63,380 nt of DNA from Chrysochromulina tobinii (taxonomy: Eukaryota), in contig JWZX01003286.1 of assembly GCA_001275005.1 (NCBI GenBank), positions 1 through 63,380 of the forward strand, read 5' to 3'. Positions 48,433 through 60,365 of this stretch are shown here, one piece after another. The notes under the pieces were generated by a model. It had not been told where the DNA came from and did not search any database. It saw nothing but the letters and a program-made list of their open reading frames with translations. The position numbers and the translations under genes were made by a program. Every line of letters begins with the position of its first letter. Position 1 is the first letter of the stretch.

Positions 48433-49749
48433 ATGGCCGCATCTTCAGTTTCTTCACCTGCCGCCTGGTCCTGGCTCGACGACGGCGACCGATGGAAGCC
48501 ATACGAGGGCGCCTTGGCCGCGAGCATCGAGGCAGCCTTCGGGGACGCAAATCGCGGCACGGTGGACCTGCACGCCGTCAGTACAGGAGCGAGAGTTTCA
48601 GGCAGACACAGCTCCACTTACGTCATCAACTTCGACGAAATGATGCAATACAACATGAGCACAAAGTTCGGTCGGCCCGTCCGTCGCGATGTCCCGGCCG
48701 ATCCGGCCGTCGATGGCACGTGGGAGTGGCAGGACACGGACAGCAGCTGGAAGGCGTACCATCCGTCTGCCTGCGGCCAGATCGCCCTCGCCCATCGCGC
48801 GGGCCGCCAAGGCACTCTCCTGTACGCCGGCCGCTGGAACTACTGGGTGGAGTTTAGTCGTTCGGTGCAGATCAACCAGAGCACGCACACCGAGCGGCCC
48901 ATCCGCCACCGCGCCGGAGGGCAGCACGGGTGGATGGCCCTGCGCGGCGCAGTCCAAGGCATCTCTTCCGTATCGGCGAGGGCAGTGTCACATGCAGCTG
49001 GCATAGTGACTACACTAGGCGCCGCACTGGCGCCACAGGCATCCGGCTCGGCGCGCGACCGGCCGCTGCCCTGGCAACTCGAATTTCGTCCAAGCACGAG
49101 CGGCAGCCTCGACCTGGCGTCAGTGACGCATTGGACTGTTCTCGCGCCCGGAGAATGGGCGGCCGGCGCCACTGATCCGGTCATGTTCACCGAGCTGGGC
49201 GAGGACGATGAGGTGGTGGTGCGCCTGCCGTGCTGCACGGCGGCCGTGCCGTGCATCTTCAATAAGTCGACGCTCGAGGCGGCCTTCCGCACGCAGGGGA
49301 AATGCCCGAGCTGCGGCACGGCGTATGGGTTGCCTGGCCCGCAACCCGCGGGCACCATGTCGGCCAAGCTCGGGGCCTTCGACTGTGAGGGCCACCCGGG
49401 TGTAGGGACCATCGAGATCGATTACACCTTCTCCCACGGTATCCAGCTGCCGCAGCATCCGAACCCAGGCATGCCATACTCGGGCACGCATCGTAAGGCT
49501 TACGTGCCCAATGACGCCGACGGGCGGCGCGCGCTACGGCTGCTCGAGGCCGCGTTCATGCAAGGCCAAACCTTCCGGATCGGCAAGTCAGTGACCACGG
49601 GTGAAGAGAACACGACCGTCTGGTGCATCCATCAGAAGACGCGCACCGACGGCGGGCCCACGCGGCACGGGTACCCTGACCCCGAGTTCCTGCAGCGGCT
49701 GCAGAGCGAGTGCGCGGCCGCTAACGTCAGGGGAGCGCTCGAGATCTGA
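48433..49749 (+). CDS. Deltex-like E3 ubiquitin ligase (2x WWE, degenerate RING, DTC domain)
   Basis: WSWLDDGDRWKPY and WEWQDTDSSWKAY; CPSCGTAYGLPGPQPAGTM; HPNPGMPYSGTHRKAYVP; IHQKT...HGYPDPEFL. Confidence 0.92.
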   Translation: MAASSVSSPAAWSWLDDGDRWKPYEGALAASIEAAFGDANRGTVDLHAVSTGARVSGRHSSTYVINFDEMMQYNMSTKFGRPVRRDVPADPAVDGTWEWQDTDSSWKAYHPSACGQIALAHRAGRQGTLLYAGRWNYWVEFSRSVQINQSTHTERPIRHRAGGQHGWMALRGAVQGISSVSARAVSHAAGIVTTLGAALAPQASGSARDRPLPWQLEFRPSTSGSLDLASVTHWTVLAPGEWAAGATDPVMFTELGEDDEVVVRLPCCTAAVPCIFNKSTLEAAFRTQGKCPSCGTAYGLPGPQPAGTMSAKLGAFDCEGHPGVGTIEIDYTFSHGIQLPQHPNPGMPYSGTHRKAYVPNDADGRRALRLLEAAFMQGQTFRIGKSVTTGEENTTVWCIHQKTRTDGGPTRHGYPDPEFLQRLQSECAAANVRGALEI

Positions 49750-50525
49750 GCGAGAGGCTGTGAGGCATGTGCAGGAGGCTATTTCACATGAGACCGGTAC
49801 AATGTGCTCCCCGGGGTTCGTCATATGCTATTTCACATGAGAGTCAGAGTTGTGTGCTCTCTGCCGGTTCGTCTATGCTCTGTTGCGTGTTGCGTGTTGG
49901 GAGTACTCTGTGCTTACGGTGTGTTCTTGAGCGTGTGTAAGCGTGTCGCGCGACACAGGGTCGCGCATAATCAGGGTGTGTGAAAGTGTGGCTGCGGTGT
50001 AAAAGTGCTGTTTCGAAGTGCGTGTCGCGTGCACCGGCGGGGGGACGCGGGCGGGAGGTGGCCGGCCGGCGGCCGCTTCGCCGCCATGTTCGCCGCTAAG
50101 TAGCCGCTGGGGTGTCATTGTGGGGTTGTGTGTTTTCTGTGTTTATTGGGCATCCTACACCCCACGCCGCCACAATTGCGCCGCCCGACCGCGGTTGTGT
50201 CGCGCCCGGTTACAATTGTATCCATAGCGCATAGGATTTTACCGCGCGAGAGATTCCTCGCGAGTCGGCTGTTCCCGCGGCCTTACCGCCTATACTTGGC
50301 TTTGGCCTTTGCGCTTTATGGGATTATGGCGCTACATGTGCCGGAATGCTGGCGGGGCGCTTTAAACGCGTTGCTTTTTGTCCACATGTCAAAAGCAATG
50401 AAGCCGCCTGAACTCCGGAAGTATTTCGACAACTTGGGGGGTAACAACTTCGGTGAGAGTGTGCGGCTTTTCACGCGGCTTCTCGCCGACTATTGATGAC
50501 GTCGGCTGCAATCGCCGGCTAGCCG

Positions 50526-51176
50526 ATGCATCGCTCGACCTCCTCGCTCGCTGCTGTGCTGCTGACGGCCGCATGCAGCAGTGGCTATGGTGGCAAGACG
50601 CCAGGCGAACGGCAGCTTGAGGCGTTGCGGCGGCAACAGGCGATCTCCGCGAACGGCGAGCAGCAGCCGGTGACCGAGGGTCCACAGGAGCTGTACGTGG
50701 CAGCGGGCTGCTTCTGGGGTGTGGAGCTCGCCTTCGCACGTGTCCCCGGCGTTGTCGCCACAGAGGTCGGGTACGTTGGTGGCCACACACCGAATCCCAC
50801 GTACCGTGACATCTCGCGAGGCGATACCATGCACGCCGAAACCGTCAAGGTGACGTACGATCCTGAGTTGGTGTCGCTCGAGACGCTCTTCAACGTCTTC
50901 TTCGACGTGCACGACCCAACGACCAAGAATCGGCAGGGCAATGACGTCGGGACGCAGTATCGCTCGGCCATCTTTTACAGAAGTGAAGCTATGCGCGCCG
51001 CTGCGCACGCTGCCATCGAGCGCGAGCAGATGAGGCTGGGCGGGAAGGTGGCGACGACTCTCGAAAAAATCGACGGTGCCTTCACCCCAGCAGAGGACTA
51101 CCATCAGGCGTACTTAGCGAAGGGGGGCCAAAGCGCTGCCAAGGGCGAAGAGGCTCCCATCCGATGCTACGGGTGA
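50526..51176 (+). CDS. msrA: Peptide methionine sulfoxide reductase A
   Basis: GCFWG, GYVGG, HAETV, HDPTTKNRQGNDVGTQYRS, AEDYHQAYL, IRCYG. Confidence 0.97.
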   Translation: MHRSTSSLAAVLLTAACSSGYGGKTPGERQLEALRRQQAISANGEQQPVTEGPQELYVAAGCFWGVELAFARVPGVVATEVGYVGGHTPNPTYRDISRGDTMHAETVKVTYDPELVSLETLFNVFFDVHDPTTKNRQGNDVGTQYRSAIFYRSEAMRAAAHAAIEREQMRLGGKVATTLEKIDGAFTPAEDYHQAYLAKGGQSAAKGEEAPIRCYG

Positions 51177-51577
51177 ACTCTGCGGGTGAAGACTGAAGTT
51201 GAGTTAGTTAGAAGTGGAGGTCGAGCGGTGTGGAGCCCCTTGGCGTATCGGATGGCGCCAGCTGTTCCGGTAGCACCCCGGTGTGATTTGGAACATGGGA
51301 AGTTGGACCAAACTAGGGAGCAAAATGCTTTCTCACCAGGTCACCAGCATGATCCATGAATCAAACTCTCGTGATTTCTCGTGAGCATTTTGCAAGCCCA
51401 AATTGCTCTCGTCATCGAGTGGGCGTGCGTGCAGCGGACGCACGACGCGGACGGCGGCCTGACGATGACGACGGCCGACGGCAATTACGGTGGACTTTTG
51501 TGAACTCGTGTGTTGTGAATTCATAAGGTTCTCATGTGTGTGGCCGAGAGCGAGCGAGCCGTGTGCGTGAGCGAGAG

Positions 51578-54430
51578 ATGCGCGTTTTATGCTGGCTAAC
51601 GGCAGTAAGCTCCTCGGCACATGCATTTAGTGTCGCGTCCATGCATGGGCGGCGGTCCATGCACACGTATCGTGATCTGAACTCGCATCGAGTCGCCATG
51701 GACGCGGGTGTGCACGACCGAGTGGAGGTGGGTGCTGCTGAGGAGGGTTTTGCGGCCTGGTGGGAGGATTCCACCGAGGAGGTGAGCGATCGCGCCTGCA
51801 CTGTCGAAGGAAAGCTTCCCGATTGGCTCGTCGGGCGGCTCGTCCGCAACGGCCCAGGCCAGTGGCGCTCGGGCGATGGGTCACGAAGCTACTCACACGC
51901 GTTCGACGGGCTTGCAAAGCTGGTGTGCTTTGACGTAGCTGCGGATGGCGTCGTCCGCTTCTCAACGCGCTTCCTGCGCACCGAATGGCACCGGCAGATG
52001 GCGAATGGTAAGATGCCGCCTAGCGTCACAGTCGGGCCTGTGACGCCGGCCTGGAATCCAGTCGAGGGCCTGACGGCCGCACTGACTGGACCGGACTTCG
52101 ACAACGCACCGGTGAACATCCACCGGCTCGGAGGCAGCGACCGGTGGGTAGCGGTGACAGATGCACCCGCGCTGATCGAGTTCGACCCACGGACGCTCGA
52201 GACACGAGGGCGACTCGATGCCAACGCCACGCCGATCGCCGGAGCCTCGCGGTGGTTTGGGCAGGTGTTGCTCGTTACCTTTGATGGCCTCTCATGGCCT
52301 CTGATGACCTCTGATGACCTCTGATGGCCTCTGATGACCTCTGATGGCCTCTGATGGCTTCTGATGGCTTCTTATGACCTCTTCGATTGCCTCTAATGCC
52401 CTTCACTGACTCGGGCAGATCGTGCCCGCCCTCTAATGATCTCCGATTGCCTCAAATGACCTTCGATTGCTTCTAATGACTCGGGCAGATCGTGCCCGGC
52501 CTTGAGGCCTTCTCAACTGCTCATCCGCAACGGCACCCGAAGACGGGAGAGACGCTGAATTATCACCTCGAGCTCCGGCCGGTTGGTGGGCCCATCGCGC
52601 ATATCGTCGCCACGTCCGCGTCCGACAACCACGAGCAGCCCCTCAGCCGTCGCATCATTGGGTCCATCGAGTTCGAAAAGTGTGGGATCAAGGTGTGACT
52701 GTGATCGTGAATGGTTGGCTGTGAATGGCTGGCTGTGGAAGGGTGATTGCCCCAGGGATTCCACACGCCCATCGCCCTCCTAGCGTCGCCGCTGACGCCA
52801 CCTGCTCTCTCGTCTCGTGGGTCTCGTGGGCAAGGGCATACCTTATGTCCACTCTTTCGGCGTGTCGGAGAATTATGTGGTGCGCTTCCCGCTCACTCAT
52901 CACTGATGGCCACTGATGACTTCTCATGACCTCGGATGACCTCTGATGACCTCTGGTGGCGGCCACTGATGAGCTCTGATGAGCTCTGATGAGCTCTGAT
53001 GAGCTCTGAGGATTCTCTGATGAGCTCTGATGGCCTCCCTCATCAGGTACTCGTCCTCTTCCCGCTCACAATCCCCTTCGAGAAGCTTGCCAACGGTAAG
53101 GGCTTCCTGCCTCAGCTCTGATGACCTCTGATGACCTCTGATGACGTCCCTCATCAGGCAAGGGCTTCCTGCCTCAGCTCTGATGAGCTCTGATGACCTC
53201 TATGAGCTCTGATGATCACTCTGACCTCTGATGACCACTCATAACCTTTGATGACCTCTGATGACCTCTGATGACGTCCCTCATCAGGCAAGGGCTTCCT
53301 GCCTCAGCTCGAGTGGGACGCCTCGGCGGGCAGCCAAGTGGTCGTTTGGGACATCCGTGGCAATCCGCTTCGTCAGGCCAAGATTGCAACCTCGTGGCGT
53401 GCGGAGCCGTGCTGGGCGTACCATGTGATCAACGTGTTTGACGAGAACGGACTGATCACGATCGACCTCAATGCGTACCGCGAGCCCCACATCGCAACGG
53501 GGCCGCATGGATTCGCGTATGTTGAGAGCCTCTGATGGCTCCCGAGTGCCTATGATGGCCTCTCTGAGGACCTTTCTGATGACTTCCCTCATCAGGTACC
53601 TCGAAAACATGCAAGGTGGCCCAAGCGCGCTCGCAAAGCAGATACGCGACGGCGGCTACTTGCGCATGCAGGTGACCTCTGACGACCTCTGACGACCTCT
53701 GATGACCTCTGACGACCTCTGACGACCTCTGATGACCTCTGATGACCTCTGATGACCTCTGATGACCTCTGATGACCTCTGATGGCTTCTGATGACCTCT
53801 AATGACCTCTGATGACCTCTGATGGCTGTCTACTTGCACATGCAGGTGAACGACTTCGGCGATCCCACGCCCACACGGAAGGCCTCATGTTCCTGGCTCG
53901 ATATGGTCGATGAGTTAGGGCTCAATTGGACTTTCGAACTCGTGCGCGTGAACGACGCGTACACTGGTCGGCGCCATCGATACGCGTACGGCTTCACGGG
54001 CTTCAATAATCATCAGGGCCCTGGGGGGGGCAACCGGTTTGGCCCCGGCGGCGCGGTGGTCAAGATGGACACGGAGGCCAACCCACCAGCCGGCCCGCCA
54101 CCAAGCTCGATCAAGCCGCGAGTCAAGGGGCTGTTTGAGGGCGAAGAGGCACGAGGAGAGCAGCCCTCAAGGGCCCGAGCCGCCGCCCCTCCCAAGCCAT
54201 CCGTCAGCTGCTGGTCGTCGGCGACCGTCTTCCCTTCGGAGCCCGTGTTCGTGGGTCGCCCGGGTGCATCTGCGGAGGACGACGGCGTGTTACTCTTCCT
54301 CGGGTACGATACGTTGCGCCGAGAGTCGTTCATGGGCGTGCTGGACGCCGCGGACATGAGCGAGCTGGCGCGGGTGCATGCGGGCTCGCGCTGCTGCGTA
54401 TCCTTTCATGGGCAATGGATACCGGCCTGA
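51578..54430 (+). CDS. Carotenoid oxygenase (RPE65/CCD family), ~7 exons, likely plastid-targeted
   Basis: VEGKLPDWLVGRLVRNGPG, HAFDG, STAHP, YHVINVFDE, PSEPVFV, EDDGVLL, SFHGQW. Signal ending AHA-F. Introns include 52265-52488, 53096-53287 and 53672-53845. Confidence 0.92.
53672..53845 (+). repeat. Intron consisting of (CTGAYGACCT)n 10-nt units
   Basis: Direct sequence, about 15 units between GT and AG. Confidence 0.93.
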
Positions 54431-55052
54431 TCCCTGAACTTAAAATGTGAGGCGTCTGGCGTGTCGAATTTAGAGAGTATACAAGCTCTGCTTTGGTGAG
54501 AGTTCAGAGTATGTGTTCCAAGACAATGCAAAATAATCGATAAACTCCGAGTTACGTCCGACGGACTGAGAATTCCTCTGACGCGGCGAAAGGTGTAAGG
54601 CCAAAGGAGAGTGTCCGGTCATTGTGGGCAATAATGCAAAATCCAAAAAGCGGCCATAACCCTTAACCGAAGACGTAACCGAAGGCAACTCATTAGGAGT
54701 TTCGTCCTTCATCCGTCTCCACGGAACAGGGAAGTGAAGGAGTAGATTCGCGCGTCGTTCCTGCCCCCCCTCCCCGTGTGTGTATGGAAGAGACGGCGAA
54801 GCAGCAATTGAGTAATAGCCCACGATGAAGCCCACGAGAGACGAGTACACATTTCGACTCCGTACTTGATGTGTTGAGCTGTTGACCAGGGTGAGCGGAG
54901 CCGTCTGTTCCAAACTGTAATCCCGTTACGTTTGATGTTTGTGTGTTGTGTGTTTTGGGTTTTCGGTTGAGTTAGTGCCTACGCTCGTCCCAATGTTCTT
55001 CGTTCTCGCGTCCGGCCTTGGGTCCGGACGTTACAGATGCGCCGCGTCTGGC

Positions 55053-57318
55053 TCATGTGTCGTCACGCGGCTTGTTCGTCGGGTTGGCGTAGGTGAGCTT
55101 GGAGCAGCCTCTGACGCCACCGACGTTGTAGAGACTCGGGTGTGGACGGAGCCCGCTCGCCGTCGTCGAGTACCGGTAGAGCCCTTCTGCGAGCATTTGG
55201 CAGATGAAGCCGGTAGGCGCCATGTCGGGCACTTTGGGGCGCACGATGGGCATGACACTTAGCCCGCCCTGGTCCAGGGCTTGGTCTCGGAAGCTCACAT
55301 TCGAGCTCGCCGCGAGCTCATCGAAGAGTTTCTCCGAGCCGCTTTCGAAGCGCACGGCACACGAGCGGAAGACGTCGAGCGCGCGGCCGAACGCGCCGTC
55401 GAGGGCGCGCCGTGGTATCCACACAATCCAGTCGCCCATTCGGCGCGCCGTGTCGAGCGGATGGAAGCAGTGCGGGAGCAGCGGCACGAGGATAGCGAGG
55501 TCCGGTCTCATAAAGAGCACGGACTCAAAGAGCTGGGCGCCGTCGTGGGCGCCACCGGCATCGTCGAACTCGTCCGGGCATCCGAGCTGCTTGCAATGGA
55601 GAGATCTCCGCGCCTCGTGCTCCAAGATCAGCCGGTAGATCGCGTGCCGACTTGCAAGCTGAAGTGGGTCGTGGGTGGGAGGCAGTCAGAGCTGATGAGA
55701 AAGGCGATCAGAGCTTGCTTCATTAATAGATCAGCCGCTAGATTGCGTGCGGGGCGGCTCGCAAGCTGTGTCCGAGAGGGCCATCAATCGAGAGGCCATG
55801 AAGAGGCCGCCATCAGAGGCCATCAGAGGCCAAGCATCAGAGGCCATCAGAGAACCATCAGAGGCCATCAGAGGCCATCAGAGGCCCCATGTTCACCTGT
55901 CCCAGGGCCGTCGGTAGGGCGCACACGTTGATGTACGTGTCGCACGGCGAGCGCGGGGGGACGCGAGGATGACGAATGTACTCACAGTCAGGCACCCTTC
56001 GTATCACATCGACTGTGGCAGTAGCAGGCCCGCGTATGCTCCCATCAAAGTTCATCAGCATGCCATCGCTGTCGACGAGCTCGACATTGTCAGGCGCTGC
56101 CCCGAGCACCTCGAGAGCGACCACAACCCTTCTGTGAATTAGGCTGTGGATGTGATGCTGCTGCTCCGCGGCAGCCGTTGGCGTCGGCGGCGTCGGTGAC
56201 GTCACAGTCGGTGGCGCCTGATGTGTTCGGTGGCCACCGTGCTGCACTGGCCGGTCGTCATGGAGCCGCAGGTGTGCAAACACCGTCGTGCGAGCACCCA
56301 CGGCGTCGATGAGATGGCCGCGCACAGTCGTGTACACGAGCTGATGCGCAAACGTGCGCGCCAGCCCCCCCAGCCCGAGGGCCAGGCGAGGCACGCGCGA
56401 GGGCTTTCCCTCCAGGGTGGTGCACACGGCGCGAGCCATCGCCCTGCAAGAAGCTGCATCCGTCCCCACATCCGTCCCGACATCCGTTCCGTTGACCTCT
56501 GGAGAGATACTCCGTTGAGTGCTCGCCGTGCTCGTCGTGTACAAGAAAGGGCTGTTCGCCCTAGGGCTCGCTCCCCCCGCGCTCACGACACGTGAACCGG
56601 CACGTGAGCCATTATGTGGCCCGTCACGATGCTGCCTATGAACGGCGTGGCCAGCGAGCCGCTTCATTTCGTCTGGAGCGAAGCGCCGTGGAGGGCACCC
56701 GAGCCTCGAGGCGTGCGCGGGGGTCGCATTCTGGAACGCACGGCACTCCGTCTCAGATGGAGGAAGCGGCAGTGCGACCGCGAGCAACGGATCCTGTAGC
56801 ACGGACACTGGGCGGCGCGCTGCCCGTGACGGCGCCTCCTGCGCTGCCCGTGCTAATGGGCGAGATTCGACGCGAGATGTCGAGGCACCGTCACGGGCGC
56901 CAGGGCCGAGTAGGAGAGTGTCTGCGTCGGCTCGAGCATACCAGTGGAAGTGGCCATGGCTGCGAGAACCATCCCACTTGTAGAAGCAATACGGCCAGAG
57001 CGGCTGGGTCCACAGGAGGTTAGGGCTCGTCTGCACGAAGATGGCGTTTACAGGTGTCTTGGTGTGGGCCTCTTGCGCCACCGTAGCTTCGAGGCAAGCA
57101 CGCGCAAAGTCGCGGCCGCTTGCGTTCTGTTCTCGCAATGGCAGCAGTACGCTCCGCACGCCCAGGCTACCGAGCAAGTTGATGCGAGACGAGGCGATGG
57201 ACAGTGGAGACGCTTCAGACGGTATGCACATCGCCACGACTGGGATCGCGAACGACGCGCAAACCGCGCGTGGTGCCGTCTCGCGTGATTCGGCGCCGTG
57301 AGCTGGGAGCGCGGGCAT
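55053..57318 (-). CDS. Glycosyltransferase-like protein (same GxxR...RPD family as 41591-42955); intron 55896-55659
   Basis: HWYARADAD; LALGLGGLARTFAHQLVYTTVRGHLIDAV; FESVLFMRPDL; GDWIVWIPR. Splice ALGQ|LASRHAIY. Confidence 0.55.
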
Positions 57319-57612
57319 GGCGCTCGGTGTCGGCGCGCGCGCGCGCAAGTCGCAGCCTACGCCGCTGAAAACTGCACGCTAGCTGCACGCTTGCTCGGTC
57401 CGCGGAGAGGAGTGATTTTATAGTTCTTTGCATTGCGCCGTTTGGCTCGGCGACGCGGACGGAAAGGAACGAAACTGCAAACTGCATCACGTCAAAAGAC
57501 AAAACGGATATGCATGCTCTTTGCATGCTCTGAATCGAATGCGAACCAAAACAGGGTGGGATCTGGGAAGCATGGCCTTACATACGCTTCAGTGAGAGAA
57601 CGACGCGTTCAA

Positions 57613-58533
57613 TCATAGCTCATCTTGTCGTGTGTGGATGTCGTCCCAAGCGGGTGCATGGCTTGCCGTGGGTTCGTCCTGTGCAGCTTCGCGCCCCGCG
57701 ACGTTGCGCGCCGCCGCAATCTTGAAGCCATCCGAGGTATCCACGAGGCTGCTCGACCCCAGGCCCAGGCTCGAGAGAAGCTCCCACGCCTCTTCCACAC
57801 CAAGGGAGGCGAGTAGATCGTTCAATCGGTGCAAGGTGCCAGGCCGCTGGTCACTCAGGTCCGCTACGAGGTCGTCGTCCTCGGCGCACTTGAGCTGGAA
57901 CTCGTAGGTATCAACCGAGCCCCAGTCCTGGAAGCCGCGATGCACGCGCACGCCCACCACCGTGCTCTCCCTGCGGCAGGTCGCCGATCGTGTCTCCTTG
58001 AGCGCGTCGAAAGGCAGACCCACCACCGAGCGCCACTCTCGATCGCAGCGCAGCTTGAAATTGTACATGTCGCGGCCCTCGCCGCGCCCGCGCATCACCT
58101 GCAAGCCGGTGAGTGCCGTGCCCGCAGGACATACGGCCGCCCCATGCTCGGAGGCCTTCGTGTCGAACCGCATGCCCATCCACCCTGTGAGTGCCCCGTG
58201 CGAGCCACACCGAAGTTGGAAGTCGAACAGCTCACGACTGCCGCTGCGCTTCGTGTGCCCAGATTTGACGGCAAGGCCGGTTACCGCGAGGCCCTCCGGA
58301 CACCTCATCTCTTTCGTTTCGCAGTGCCCGTCGCGCTGCTTCCCATGGCGGCCTGACAGCCACGACTCTGCCCAAGCAAAGAAGGCCACGATCCCAGCGT
58401 GCTCCTGGCAGTCCTCGGAGAAGCGGAGCCCGAGCCGATCGGTCCAACCAGCCCAAGAGTCGTCCGTCATGCCGGCAGCTACTATCACGAGCATGAAGAA
58501 CACGGAGGCCTCGCTTCTGAAGAGACGTCGCAT
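57613..58533 (-). CDS. Secretory-pathway protein with three beta-prism (VMO-I-like) repeats and C-terminal QDEL
   Basis: CPEGLAVTGLAV...FDFQLRC, CPAGTALTGLQV...YNFKLRC, CRRESTVVGVRV...YEFQLKC. Hydrophobic N-terminus; ends in QDEL. Confidence 0.65.
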   Translation of the reverse strand: MRRLFRSEASVFFMLVIVAAGMTDDSWAGWTDRLGLRFSEDCQEHAGIVAFFAWAESWLSGRHGKQRDGHCETKEMRCPEGLAVTGLAVKSGHTKRSGSRELFDFQLRCGSHGALTGWMGMRFDTKASEHGAAVCPAGTALTGLQVMRGRGEGRDMYNFKLRCDREWRSVVGLPFDALKETRSATCRRESTVVGVRVHRGFQDWGSVDTYEFQLKCAEDDDLVADLSDQRPGTLHRLNDLLASLGVEEAWELLSSLGLGSSSLVDTSDGFKIAAARNVAGREAAQDEPTASHAPAWDDIHTRQDEL

Positions 58534-58741
58534 TCGCTCATCAAACTAAATCGGGCAAGTATTAGTGTGGACCTAGGCGTGAGAAGGTGACTCTCGCTGT
58601 AGAGGACCCCCGCCGAATTGCCTATCTTTCAGTGCTTCGTCACCGAACTTCCGACGAATGGATGCAACGTTTGATGCAAAGTCCGGCGCCGCGCCGCAGA
58701 GTCGTGGCGCCGCCGCGTCAGTCGTGCTCGCTGCTCGAAAC

Positions 58742-60331
58742 ATGACGCGGGCCGTGCTCCTGGCTGTGACCTTGGCTGCACCGCTGCGCGTTCACGGCGC
58801 GCCCGTGGTGACATCGAGCGGCGCGGCGACTGCGCCTCGTTCGTATGCTGTCATCTTCGACGGCGGGTCCACAGGCACTCGCGTCCACGTCTTCTCCTGG
58901 CTGAGCGGCCCGCAAGCCGGGCCAACAATTGACGGCCTGCCGGACGTGCGCGCGGAGCCCGGCGGCCACTTAAAGGTGAAGCCGGGCATCTCAAGCTTCG
59001 AGAGCAACCCCGAGGAGGCGGGCGCCTCCATCCTGCCCCTCATCGAGCTCGCCGAGCGCGTCGTTCCGCGCGAGGAGCACAGCCGCACGCTGGTCATGCT
59101 GCGTGCCACCGCTGGCATGCGCCTCGTCTCGCGCCGGCGCGCGCAGCGCGTCTACGCGTCGCTCTACGAGGCAGTCGCGCGCCGAAACACCTTCACTAGC
59201 ACGCGCCGGCAGCACTTCGGGACGCTCTCGGGCGATGACGAGGGCGTCTTCGGCTGGCTGAGCGCCAACTATCTGCTGCGCCGCTCGGGGCGCATCCCAC
59301 AGATGGGCGCGGTCGGCGCGCTCGACCTCGGCGGCGGCTCCACTCAGATCACGCTGCAGGCACCTCCGAGCTTGCATCTGGATCTCCGCTCGCAGATTGA
59401 CCCTCGACACGCGGGCGATAGCCTCGCGCGGCCGAGCACTCAGCGCGAGCCGTCGCCGCCCTCGGTGGCTCTGCCGAGTGGCGAGGTCTTCGTCTTCACC
59501 CACTCGCACCTAGGCTTTGGCAACAAGGCCGTCCTCGCCTCCCTGACTGAGGCGGAGGCAGCCTCGTGCCTCGCCGCGGGTGTGAATACCAGTTGGGAAC
59601 CCTGTAACCTCACCTCGACCAGCATGCAAGTGCTCACCACGGCGCCTTGCCCCCTTCCCCGCAGGTGTGAATACCAGTTGGGAACCGTGTAACCGCTCGA
59701 GAGACTACCAGCGCTTCCTCCAGCGAGGCGCGAGGCCCATCACGCTGCTGGGCAAGGGATCGTTTGCTCACTGCGACGCGGCCGTGCGCCGACAGGTACG
59801 TTGATTGCCACTGATTGCCATTGATTGCCACTGATTGCCTGTCGGGCACGATGGATTGCCCTTGGGCGCGACGATGCAGGTACGTTGATTGCCACTGATG
59901 ATCGGCCTTGCATGCATGCGCTCACCACGGCGCCTCCCCGAGCGCCCCGATGCCTTGCGCCGACAGCTCGCCACCTTTGATTGCCACTGATGATCTGCCT
60001 TGCATGCAAGTGCTCACTGCGACGCGGCCGTGTGCGGACAGCTCGCCACCTTTGATTGCCACTGATGATCTGCCTTGCATGCATGGGCTCACTGCGACGC
60101 GGCCGTGTGCGGACAGCTCGCCACCTTTGACCGCCAAGGCCAACCAGCGGTGCATGCTCCCATTCCCCACAGCCATGGCCTCGCCCCGCAGCCGCCGCGG
60201 TTCGTGGCGATGAGCCTCTTTTTCTACGTGAAGCACTTCGCGCACGTCGCAGGCCACATCCCTGAGCACCAGCCGAGCGGTGGCGGTGCGGTGGATGCTG
60301 CGGCTGCGTCTGCGTCGGCTGCTGGAGCGGC

Positions 60332-60365
<34 letters not shown>

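Noticed and set aside
50128..50496. 122-aa ORF upstream of msrA
   Set aside because: Non-ATG start, no motif and atypical composition; insufficient support.
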